NCBI GenBank assembly: GCA_951406725.2
Contig: OX597838.1
Coordinates: forward strand, 33,604,001-33,668,000
Reading direction: 5' to 3'
Source of the DNA: Octopus vulgaris
Lineage: Eukaryota
DNA: 64,000 nucleotides
Numbering within the stretch: position 1 is the first letter of the stretch; every line of letters begins with the position of its first letter. Positions 40,401 to 52,619 of the stretch are shown one piece after another. A model generated the notes under the pieces. It saw only the letters and a program-made list of their open reading frames with translations, was not told the DNA's origin and searched no databases. The position numbers and the translations under genes were made by a program.

Positions 40401-43400
40401 AATAAATTAGCCATTGTTGAACGATCTGAATAACACATTTCTTCACTGAAATCTACAAAAGAAAAAAATTAACATTAACACTTTAACCCTTTAGTGTTCA
40501 GATTATTCTACCAAAATTAATGCTTTTTCATCCCCATTGTTTTGAACTAATCCTGCATTATCTTGTAGCTAGGAGATTTTGATGAGGTAGCTGTTAATTT
40601 TTAAAATGATATTGTAGGGTTGGTGTGAGAGACCAGATCTGGCCAGTTTGAACATAAAACAGGCAGAATACTTTTGGCCGGATATGGCCAGTTTAAATGC
40701 TAAAGGGTTAAACCAGTCGAATCTGGTCCAGTTATTTTATCGGTTTTATGAGCAAACTGGCCCTACAGGGTCATGCTAAAAATAAACAACCACATCATCA
40801 AGATCTTAAAGCTACGAGATAATGCAGGATTAATTGAAAAAATATGAATAAATATTACATTTGACAGGGTAATCTAAACGCTAAAGGGTTAGACAACCCA
40901 TATCTGTCATATCCAGTCCAAATATTCTACCCTACAATGTCCGGCAATGTCTAATATATTTTACGCCAACTGACCACGTGGATTTATTTATATATGATCG
41001 TCGATTTCCGTAAAAAACTTTTATTTTTTTACATATGGGGTTGGGGGGAAATGGGATCGTTAGGGTTAGGGTCGTAACCCTAATCCCAAACCCTAACCCA
41101 AAGATCCCATTTTGCCCCCCAACCCCATATGTAAAAAAATAAATGTAAAATAAGTTTTTTACGGAAATCGATGATCATATATAAACAAATACACATGGTC
41201 AGTTGATGTAAAATATACTAGAACCGTAAGATTGCCCAATGTCCTTCTAAAAGTAAATGAGATAATACACATCGTTCGTTCGTTTAACGTCCGTTCTCCA
41301 TGCTAGCATGGGTTGGACGGTTCGACCGGGGATCTGGGAAGCCAGAAGGCTGCACCAGGCTCCAGTCTGATCTGGCAATGTTTCTACGGCTGGATGCCCT
41401 TCCTAACGCCAACCACTCCATGAGTGTAGTGGGTGCTTTTTACGTGCCACCTGCACAGGTGGCAGGCGAGGCTGGCAACGACCATGATCGGATTGGTGCA
41501 TTTTACGTGCCACCGGTACGGAAGCCAGTTGAGGCGGCACTGGCATCGGCCACAATTCGATGGCGCTTTTTACGTGCCACCGGTACGGAAGCCAGTCGAG
41601 GCGGCGCTGGCATCGACACAATTAATTCAATACAATGAGAAACAAGCATCACATTTGACAGGGTAATGTGAAAGCTAGAGTTAAGGGACCAAATTCCACA
41701 CTAACAAAGGAATGGTAACAGCTCTGAATAATGGCTCTTTTATAGTTAATGGTTCTGGGGTTCATCCTCAAAACTTTGAAGCTTCTGTCTTATACCATTC
41801 TATTGAAATTTTAGCTGTTAATTTATAATTTATTCATATTTTCAGGATTAATTCTTGTCACAGCATTGCATCAAAGCATGACACACCTCCAATTAGACAG
41901 TAATAGAATAACCTGACACTCCCTCCATATTAGTAATAGCATCACCTGACACTCTCTCTGTATTTAATAACAGAATAATCTGACACTCCCCTATATTATG
42001 CAAACAAGAAATTTACAGCAAAGTCAGGTGAGTAGATAACTGAGTATCCCACAATATTTACCAGGTATGTTAGTCTTTCCTTTACTTAAATCAGGATCTT
42101 CTTCCTCTTCCTCAGACTCTTGCAGATAAAAAATGGCAACCAGCAACATAAGTAGGAGATCGGTGAGTGGCCCATTCACATCATTATCCAGTAAAGCTTC
42201 CTCCAAAACCTCTGAAAAATTCACAGGAAAACATAAAAAAAATGAATAAACATAAAAAAAAAATTAATAGGCGCAGGAGTGGCTGTGTGGTAAGTAGCTT
42301 GCTTACCAACCACATGGTTCCCGGTTCAGTCCCACTGCGTGGCATCTTGGGCAAGTGTCTTCTGCTATAGCCCCGGGCCGACCAATGCCTTGTGAGTGGA
42401 TTTGGTAGACGGAAACTGAAAGAAGCCTATCGTATATATGTATGTGTGTTTGTATGTCTGTGTTTGTCCCCCTAGCATTGCTTGACAACCGATGCTGGTG
42501 TGTTTACGTCCCCGTTACTTAGCGGTTCGGCAAAAGAGACCGATAGAATAAGTACTGGGCTTACAAAGAATAAGTCCCGGGGTCGATTTGCTCGACTAAA
42601 GGCGGTGCTCCAGCATGGCCACAGTCAAATGACTGAAGCAAGTAAAAGAGTAAAGAGTAAATAGAATAAAACAGGTACATAAACTGAACCCTTTTGTGAC
42701 CCTAATTCCTAAAGTAAGAATACACTTTGGGTTTCAGGTAATTTCCAAAATAATCAAGAACTCAGAACTGGGAGAAGGGTAATAAATTCATCATCGTTAT
42801 TTAGCATCCATTTTCCATGCTAGCATAGGTAAGATGGTTTCTGTGGGGATGGTAACCCAGAGAGCTGCACCAGGCTCCTGTCTGTTTTGGCTTGGTTTCT
42901 ACAGCTAGATGCCCTTCCTAATGCCCATCATTCCATAGAATATACTGGGTCTCTTTAAAAATCACCAGCACAAATACCTATGTGCGACCGTCATGGGTGA
43001 CCTTTCACGTGTCATCAGCATGTGTGGCCTTTCATGCATCACTGGTGCAAGTAGTTTTTCACGCATCACCAGCGCATGTGAGGAATTATGTACATTATTT
43101 ACATTCGACGGATATTTGTCCTCATCTTGTTTGTTGGTAACACAACGTTTCGGCTGATATACCCTCCAGCCTTCTTCAGGTGTCTTGGGGAAACCCAGGT
43201 TCGAAATTTCCCCAAGACACCTGATGAAAGCTGGAGGGTATATCGTGAAACCTGATGAAGGCTGGAGGGTATATCAGCCGGAAACCTGATGAAGGCTGGA
43301 CGGTATATCAGCCAAAACCTGAAGAAGGCTGGAGGGTATATCAGCCGAAACCTGATGAAGGCTGGACGGTATATCAGCCGAAACCTGATGAAGGCTGGAG

Positions 43401-46400
43401 GGTATATCAGCCGAAACCTGATGAAGGCTGGAGGGTATATCAGCCGAAACCTGATGAAGGCTGGAGGGTATATCAGCCGAAACCTGATGAAGGCTGGAGG
43501 GTATATCAGCCGAAACCTGATGAAGGCTGGAGGGTATATCAGCCGAAACCTGATGAAGGCTGGAGGGTATATCAGCCGAAACCTGATGAAGGCTGGAGGG
43601 TATATCAGCCGAAACCTGATGAAGGCTGGAGGGTATATCAGCCGAAACCTGATGAAGGCTGGAGGGTATATCAGCCGAAACCTGATGAAGGCTGGAGGGT
43701 ATATCAGCCGAAACCTGATGAAGGCTGGAGGGTATATCAGCCGAAACCTGAAGAAGGCTGGAGGGTATATCAGCCGAAACCTGATGAAGGCTGGAGGGTA
43801 TATCAGCTGAAACCTGATGAAGGCTGGAGGGTATATCAGCTGAAACCTGATGAAGGCTGGAGGGTATATCAGCTGAAACCTGATGAAGGCTGGAGGGTAT
43901 ATCAGCTGAAACGTGTGAACAACAAACACGATGAGGACAAATATGTCATATGTAAATAATGTGCTTTTTATATTTATTATAAAATAAAACTCGTAAACAT
44001 GGTGCCTCGTAAAGTGAGGTACTACAGTACACAACAGGCTTCTTTCAGTTTCTGTTCACCAAATCCACTCACAAGTTTTTCATTGGCCCAGGGCTAGAGT
44101 AGAAGACACTTGCCCATGGTGAGACTAAACCTTGCGGTCGGGAAGCAAACTTCTTATTTCTTTACTGCCCACAAGGGGCTAAACATAGAGGGAACAAACA
44201 AGGGCAGACAAAGGGACTAAGTTGATTACATCGATCCCTAGTGCGTAACTGGTACTTAATTTATCGACCCCAAAAGGATGAAAGGTAAAGTCGACCTCGG
44301 CGGAATTTGAAGCGAACTTCTTACCACACATTCCACGCCTGCAGCTACGTGTATAAAAGTGATAGAATGCGTTTCTGTTGCGGATCCGTGGAATAAGCTG
44401 CCAGACGAGATGGTGGAGATGCCGACGAACGCTCAGTTCAAAGTCTCCCTTGACCTCAAGTGGCCTGAACTATTTACATGAACACCACCCTGTACATAAC
44501 TCCATGTCCCCCTACATGGCCTTGCTTTTTGCTTTTTGAGCCAAAAAATTAACTAACTAACAACACTATATTCCCTGTCTCAGCAGGCATTGAACATCAG
44601 GTTTATGACCAGGCATTCTGGCCAACACGATGCCTGTTATAGACCAATTTCTTACCCCTAAAAGGAATATTCCTCTTGCTTGCTTAATACTACAGAAACC
44701 TGGGGGGAAAAGACTGAATAAACACCTGGTGAACCATGAGAATTGGGAGGATCATCATAGTCAAACTCGTTCCTGACACTCACCCATGCAAACGTGGGAG
44801 GGCAAACATAAAATAATGGTAATTTCACTTAGGCAAATATCTTTACCAAAAAACCAAAGACAGAATGCAAGCAGGTGAGTAGGTAGGGGAAACAAGGTTT
44901 TAATGATTGTGTGACTTACCTAAGGTCATCCCGGAAGGGAAATATTCATTTAAATCAAACAAACTTTGGAATGTATGGATAAATTCTAGCACCATCAATG
45001 CATCACCAAACAGTTCTTGTGGTAGTCTTGTTTGTACAGGTAAGAGATCTGGTAACGACTAAAAAGAAAAAAAAAAGAAAAAGGTAATAATTGATCAGAT
45101 TTAATGAGAGCAAAGAAAAACAGAGTCAGGTAGTACAACGAAAGCCAGGGAACTTGCTAACTGTTGTCCTTTTGTTGATGTTTGGCTCCAGGTGGTCAGA
45201 TTTAATCCACCAAACATGTGATCAGAAGATTATTGGCCCAAGGACCATCATGATTTATTTTTTATTTTTTCAATTATACAGACACATATTATAATACATC
45301 ATATACCTTGCAGTATAATAAATACTTACTATATTCATCATAATCATCGTTTAACGTCCGATTTCCATGCTAGCACGGGTTGGATGGTTCAACTGGGGGT
45401 CTGAGAAGCCAGGGGCTGCACCAGGCTCCAGTCTGATCTGGCAGTGTTTCTACAGCTGGATGCCCTTCCTAACGCCAACCACTCCGCGAGTGTAGTGGGT
45501 GATTTTTACGTGCCACCTGCACAGGTGCCAGGGGAGTTTGGCATCGGCCACGATCGGTTGGTGCTTTTAACATGCTACCGGCACGGAAGCCAGCCAAGGC
45601 GGCGCTGGCATTGGCTACGTTCGGATGGTGCTTTTTATGTGCCACCGGCACAGAAGCCAGTCGAGGCGGCGCTGGCAACAGCCACGTTCGGAATATATTA
45701 TATAATAGTGAGGAGGGGGGTAATGTTTAACACGAGAATGAAGGCTAGCGGGTTTCAATAGTAGATCACAGAATTTGTCTCTGCGCTGCACACCAGCTTT
45801 AAGTTGCTGAGTTTATATTCAAAGACCATTATAGAAGAACATTCTTTATAATTATTATGCAACTGAATGCAGCACAACAGCCATATGTGGGTACGGACAC
45901 TACATCTATCTTGACGAATCACATGTGGTATCAAAAGAGGTAGACATCAATATTGTCAAGAAGAAGACTACATTTATTGAATGATACAGATTATAGAGAC
46001 TCACATACAAGACTTTAAGTTTCTGTGTCAACAATATGATGATCGTTACACTTCTTCAGTTGTCATGAGGCTGGTGGGTGCTCATATACATAGAATTTTA
46101 TAAACTTATAATTTAATTACAAAACATCAAACAGAGCTGACACACATTAATAATTCAGAAATAACTGGAGTCCACTTAGCTGACAAAAATGAGGAGTACT
46201 AGTATTTCAAAGGGCCAGGTTGTTACATTCTGTGTCACGCTGAATCCCACTGAAAACTATCTTAAGGGTACACTTGTCAGTGGTGTGCTCGGCCACTTGC
46301 ACATTAATTTCACATGTAGGCTGTTGAATGGATCAACTAGAACACTCATTGTCATAACCAAGTGCCAGTTCTAACTGGAGTGTATATAATTATATACACC

Positions 46401-48499
46401 CTATAATATTTACTAATAACATTTATACACCCTATAACATTTACTAATAACATTTATACACCCTATAACATTTACTAATAACATAATTAACATAGGACTG
46501 ACATTTACTAATAATATACTAATAATTTAGCTACACAAACCTTGAGATCTTCACATTCCAAATCGTCACGAGGTCGGCTCCATTCTTTTAAATATTCAGC
46601 CTGGATACGTTTCTCTTCTCTTTTCTTATCCCTTTCCTACCGCAAGAGAAAAGGGGCTTGTTAAAACAGAGACCAACACAGAATCTTAAACGCAAATACT
46701 TACAAACACAACACCAAATACACACTTAATGTTGTTACATGAAGTAGACTATATTTATTGAATGATACAGATTAGAGAGACTCACATACAAGACTAAGTT
46801 TCTGTGTCAACATGATGATCGTTACACTTCTTCAGTTGTCATGAGGCTGGTTAGTGCTCATATATATAGAATTTTATAAACTTATAATTTAATTACAAAA
46901 CAGCAAACAGAAGTCTTTATGATAAACTTAGTTCTTTCGTTGTTTTTTTCTTAACATCCGCTCTTCCATGCTTGCCTTGGTCAGACAGAATTTGTTGAGG
47001 AGGATTTTTTCTACAGACAGACGCCCTTGCACATGTTGCCAAATCTTCCATGAAAACATGCTTGGTCATGTTTTCACAGAAGATCAGAAACTAAGGACAA
47101 CTGTTTGCATAACAGTGACACTCATTTACAACTATCACGAGATACAAATACATACATACATTGAATTAGTATAGTTTGCAGGAAGCACTGCCTGATATAG
47201 AAAAAAAATTTTTCATTTTTTAAACCAAAACAAAGCAAGTTATGATAAATAACCCTTTCTACTAAAGGCACAGAGCTTGAAACTTTGGGGGAGGTGTTAG
47301 TCGTCATCGTCATCATCATTTAACGTTCGCTTTCCATGCAAGCATGGGTTGCACGATTTTGACTGAGGTCTGGCAAATCAGATGGCTGCGCCAGGCACCA
47401 ATCTGATCTGGCAGAGTTTCTACAGCTGGATGCCCTTCCTAACGCAAACCACACTGAGAGTGTAGTGGGTGCTTTTACGTGCCACCAGCACAAGGGCCAG
47501 CCAGGCAGTACTGGCAACGGCAAAAATGGTGCTCTTTATGTGCCACCTGCACAGAAGTCAGTCCAGTGGCACCAGCAATGACCTCGCTCGAATGTTTTTA
47601 CAGCAACCCAAGTGTACAACTAGGGCTTATTTTTTGCCTTTCATCCATTTAAGCAGAGTCGAAATAATAAATTTGGTTCGTACTTTTATCTTGTATTTCA
47701 GTATTCCAGGGTTTCAGGATTAGTACCCCTTCTTCAGGAAATCTTCAATAAAACGGTGCTGAAGAAGGCGCCTTAATAAGACCCTGTCTTTGTGTTCTGA
47801 GTTCAAATTCCGCCGAGGTCAACTTTGCCTTTCATCCTTTCAGGGTCGCTTAAATAAGTACCAGTTACACACTGGAGTCGATGTAATCCACTTAATCCCT
47901 TTGTCTGTCCGTGTTTGTCCCCTCTATGTTTAGCCCCTTGTGGGCAATTAAGAAATAAATATTGAAATACAAGGTAAAAATACAAACCATTGGCTTGCAT
48001 TATTTCTTATAACTTGCATTGTCTTGATTTAAAATAAACAAACATGTATATATATAGGCACAGGAGTGGCTGTGTGGTAAGTAGCTTGCTTACCAACCAC
48101 ACGGTTCCAGGTTCAGTCCCACTGCATGGCACCTTGGGCAAGTGTCTTCTACTGTAGCCTCGGGATAACCAAAGCCTTGTGACTGGATTTAGTAGACGGA
48201 AACTGAAAGAAGCCCGTCGTGTATATATATATGTGTGTGTGTGCGTTTGCGTGTTTGTGTTTATCTCCACCCCAAAAAGAACATCGCTTGACAACCGATG
48301 CTGGTGTGTTTGCGTCCCCATTACTTAGCGGCTCAGCAAAAGAGACTGATAGAATAAGTACTAGGCTTACAAAGAATAAGCCCTGGGAACGATTTGCTCG
48401 ACTAAAAAAGGCGGTGCTCCAGCATGGCCGCAGTCAAATGACTGAAACAAGTAAAAGAGTATATTTACACACACAAAATTTCCTGAACTACACGTATAA

Positions 48500-48532
<33 letters not shown>

Positions 48533-49162
48533 CACACCAAACATAACATACAACCACATCTATAAACACCAAATACAACACTAACAAAAGCAGTCCATCT
48601 GAATGGGGGGAGGGCAAAAAACACAAAACCACAAAGAGCTTACCCTTTCTCTTTCTAATCTTCTCTTTTCTTTCTCCTCATCAAGTCGCCTCTTTATCTC
48701 CTCTCGACGTGCGTTACGTTCGGCAATCTTTTCCTGTTTCACTCTCTCCTTAAACGCTTCCCGTTCCTCGGGACTCATGCGCATGAATGCCATCTTTTCA
48801 TCTTCAATCGCCTTCAATTCTGCAAAACGTAATAAAACACCATTACCTGATACGCTGCTTTCAGCTATTGGACAGTGGCCGTAGGTGCCGGAGCGGCTGT
48901 GTGGTAAGTAGCTTGCTTACCAACCACATGGTTCTGGGTTCAGTCCTACTATGTGGCACCTTGGGCAAGTGTTTTCTACTGTAGCCTCAGGCCAACCAAA
49001 ACCCTGTGAGTGGATTTGGTAGATGGAAACTGTGTGTGTATATATATATATATATGTGTGTATATATGTGTGTGTGTGTGTATATGTATATATGTGTATA
49101 TATATATATGTGTATATGTATATATATGTATGTATATATGTATGTATGTATGTGTATATATA

Positions 49163-49221
<59 letters not shown>

Positions 49222-49781
49222 GTATGTCCCCACCACCATTGCTTGACAACCGATGCTGGTGTGTTTACGTCTCCGTAACTTAGCAATTCGGCAAAACAGA
49301 CCGATAGAATAAGTCCTGGGGTCGATTTGTTTGACTAAAGGAGGTGCTCCAGCATGGCTACAGTTAAATGACAAACAGATAAAAAGAATACAGGGGGCAA
49401 ATCCTCCAAGGGGTTTCAACTTTTGTCTTGTACTGTGGCCGTGTGGCAAGAAGTTTCCCTTCAAAGCTCCACGGTTCCCAGTTCACAGACGAGGTTTCGG
49501 TTAAGGTGAGGTTATGGTCGGCCTGGGGTTATAGTACAAGACAGAAGGATTATCAGAGATGCTACACAGAGGGATTAACCCCAGGATCCTGTGACGGCAA
49601 GCTGAATTTCTTAGCCATATGATAAGGAATGTTGATCAATTAGAAATGACAGCCAAAATAAATACAAAGGATACAATAGACAACATAACCCATGATATAC
49701 AACAAAATGATCAAGAACATCATTTACAATGGACAGAGGGCTGTCCTGACCCTGTTTGTTGTGTGTGTGTGTGTGATGTAC

Positions 49782-49824
<43 letters not shown>

Positions 49825-52015
49825 TGTGTGTGTGTGTGTGTGTGATATTATTTCCCAAGACCCTGCCTAGGATTGAACTCAGCATCTGAGGGTTAATAGC
49901 CTGCACTCATATCCACTATGCGATATGCCCATAGGTAATTATCGAGTGAATTTTGAGGATTATAAACCTAATATTTTATCTTTTCTTAATACTTATTTCT
50001 TTAGTACCCACAAGGGGCTAAACACAGAGGGGACAAACAAGGACAGACATAAGTATTAAATCGATTACATCGACCCCAGTGCGTAACTGGTACTTAATTT
50101 ATCGACCCCGAAAGGATGAAAGGCAAAGTCGACCTCGGCGGAATTTGAACACACAACGTAACGCAGACGAAATACCGCTAAGCATTTCGCCCGGCGTGAT
50201 AACGATTCTGCCAGCTCGTCGCCTTAATACTGCCTGGGACTGAACTCAGCATCTGAGGGTCAGTAGCCTGCACTCATATCCACTATGCGATATGCCCATA
50301 GGTAATTATCGAGTGAATTTGGGGGCTTATAAACCTAATATTTTACCTTTTCTTAATACTGGTTCCGATAATTACATTCCTATCTGCACCAAGTCTGCTT
50401 AGGAGGTGATTGTGTCCTAGCATATGTGCAGCCTCTTAATTTTCGTATTTTCCATACATGTATAGGCTATACCCGATTTTTCAGTATCCCCTCATATCAG
50501 CTTTACGATGTTCCTCTACCCTTATTTTAAGGGAGTGGCATGTTTCGCCTTTGTATATAACCTACTGCAACTGCATGGGGTGGAGTACACCCAGCCAACC
50601 TTCAAGGACAATACCATAACTTCAATTCCCACCATCCATACAGTATAAAGAGAGGGACTGCTAAGTGCCCCAAACATCGAGCAAAGACTATAAGAACGAT
50701 CCTGATACCACAAAGAAACAACCTCCTAACGAACAACTACCACTCCAATTAGGAAGAAGGGAGAGGATGACACCCATAAACTGACCACAGTCTGTCTACC
50801 CAGGGTCAAAAGCCTCTTGGAAAAGATATGCGGTCCATATGACATCAGGACAATATTCAGAAGTAATAGAACACTTTGAAAATATCTTCTCCAAGTAAAA
50901 ACCACCCATAGAAGAGAATATAACAAAAAACTGTGTGTACTCCATCCCATACAGTTGTGGTAGGTTATACAAAGGCAAAACATGCTACCCCCTTAAAATA
51001 AGGGTAGAGGAACATCATAAAGGTGTGATATTAATTTATCGACCCCGAAAGTATAAGTTGACCTCAGCAGAATTTGAACTCAGAACGTAAAGACAGGCGA
51101 AATACCACTAAGCATTTCGCCCAGCATGCTAACATTTCTGCCAGCTCAATGTCTTAACCCTTTCATTACTGTATTTATTTTGAGATGATCTGTGTTTCTT
51201 TCAATTATTTTAAATATAACAAAGAATTTAGTAAAATAACTTAGTTATCATTAAGCTAGTGTTAGGAACATAAATTGTGACTAAGGTTTGGTGGTATATT
51301 TTGATGCAAAACTTATGAAAACAAGACATTTGTACTACAGAGCCAGAGCCGGTTTTGGCCGGGTTAGTAACGAAAGGGTTAAACAGTACACAAACTGTTA
51401 ATAGCCTGGACCTGCCAGTCCAGTTAGCAAGTAACTGCTATCATCTTTAGTCATGGCATGCACAGATGCGATATTTCAGCAAGTGAAGAACCGGTGTGAC
51501 TAAAACCCACGCCAGACGTCCACACCACATCACTTGATCAGGACTCTTCTGGCGTGGAAAAGTTGCACTGGTCCAGGCTAGTCACTCAACTAGATGAGGA
51601 CTTAATTTGAAATTTAAAAAGTAACAAAAGAAAAAAGCAAAAAAAAAATTCTATTCTTACGTTTGTTTTTATCTGATAAGTTATTGTTCTTCTTTGCGTC
51701 ATTGCCTCGCATAGTGTAGTCGTTCATACTGTTGTCGGAAGGACTCTGGGACATGATATTGAGATTTGGATTCAAATAGGAGTTCTTCTTCCTCTTGGCT
51801 TGTGACACAGCAAACAAAGGTTTCGGGCCAGCAAAAAAGCTCTCAAAACGTAACTCCATCAACTTTAATGATTTTATTATGCTATCCTGAAATATAAAAG
51901 TGAAAAGCAAGGAGAAACATTAATATATATTTTTGCAAGGGGATGCCCCAGCATGACCTTGGTCAAGACTGAAACAAGTAAAAGATCAAAGAGTGTATGT
52001 GTATGTGTGTGTGTG

Positions 52016-52049
<34 letters not shown>

Positions 52050-52568
52050 AAATTGAATAAGGGTAGAAATTGATATTAATTAATTAAAACCAGTGGCCTA
52101 GCATATATTTAAAAATATTTTTACATACAAAATATGTAAAAATCCTTTAAATTTTATATATATATACTAGCAGTATAGCCCAGCGTTGCTCAGGTTTGTT
52201 TTTTAGTTGCGCTTAAAACGGCAGACTTTGATGTCGCGCTAACAAAGTTTTGTTCGCTCAAAACCAATGACATCACAAAAAATTTCTTTTTGACCCTTTA
52301 GAATTGGAATTTTTGAAAAGTAAAAATTTTGCATTATGTAGTGAACATTTTTCTGGTTGAAATACACTGAAAAATGGCGACACAGCAGTAAAAAAAATCA
52401 TAAATAGGGATTTTCATAGAAAAAAAAAGCATCTTTTTGATGTAAATAATTTTTGGTCTTAACATGGTCCAATTTGAATTTTTTCTTCTACGGAATGAAG
52501 CGCAAGCCTTCTTCTATCATAATCTCAATTTTGGTCAACCTGTCACACACACACATACACAACATTAG

Positions 52569-52619
<51 letters not shown>

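Noticed and set aside
41058-41100. Interstitial telomere or chromosome fusion site
   Set aside because: Only a few TTAGGG/CCCTAA units, located inside a TSD-bounded fold-back MITE.
43220-43911. 33-bp repeat array as a CRISPR array or as a ([11 protein letters not shown])n protein
   Set aside because: Units are contiguous with no spacers, there are no cas genes, and it lies in a eukaryotic intron. The ORFs arise because 33 is a multiple of 3 and some frames lack stops.
46035-46085. C/D-box snoRNA suggested by ATGATGA in the duplicated intronic block
   Set aside because: The C-box-like motif is antisense to the host gene and has no matching D box; the hammerhead fold on the sense strand explains the sequence better.
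47703-47742. Active hammerhead on the minus strand
   Set aside because: Core and stem II are recognisable (CTGAAGA-A-GGG...CCT-GAAAC) but stem III and the cleavage triplet are lost; treated as a relic.
48917-49286. Many short YIYI/HTHT ORFs here and throughout the window
   Set aside because: (TA)n/(CA)n microsatellites and SINE read-through.
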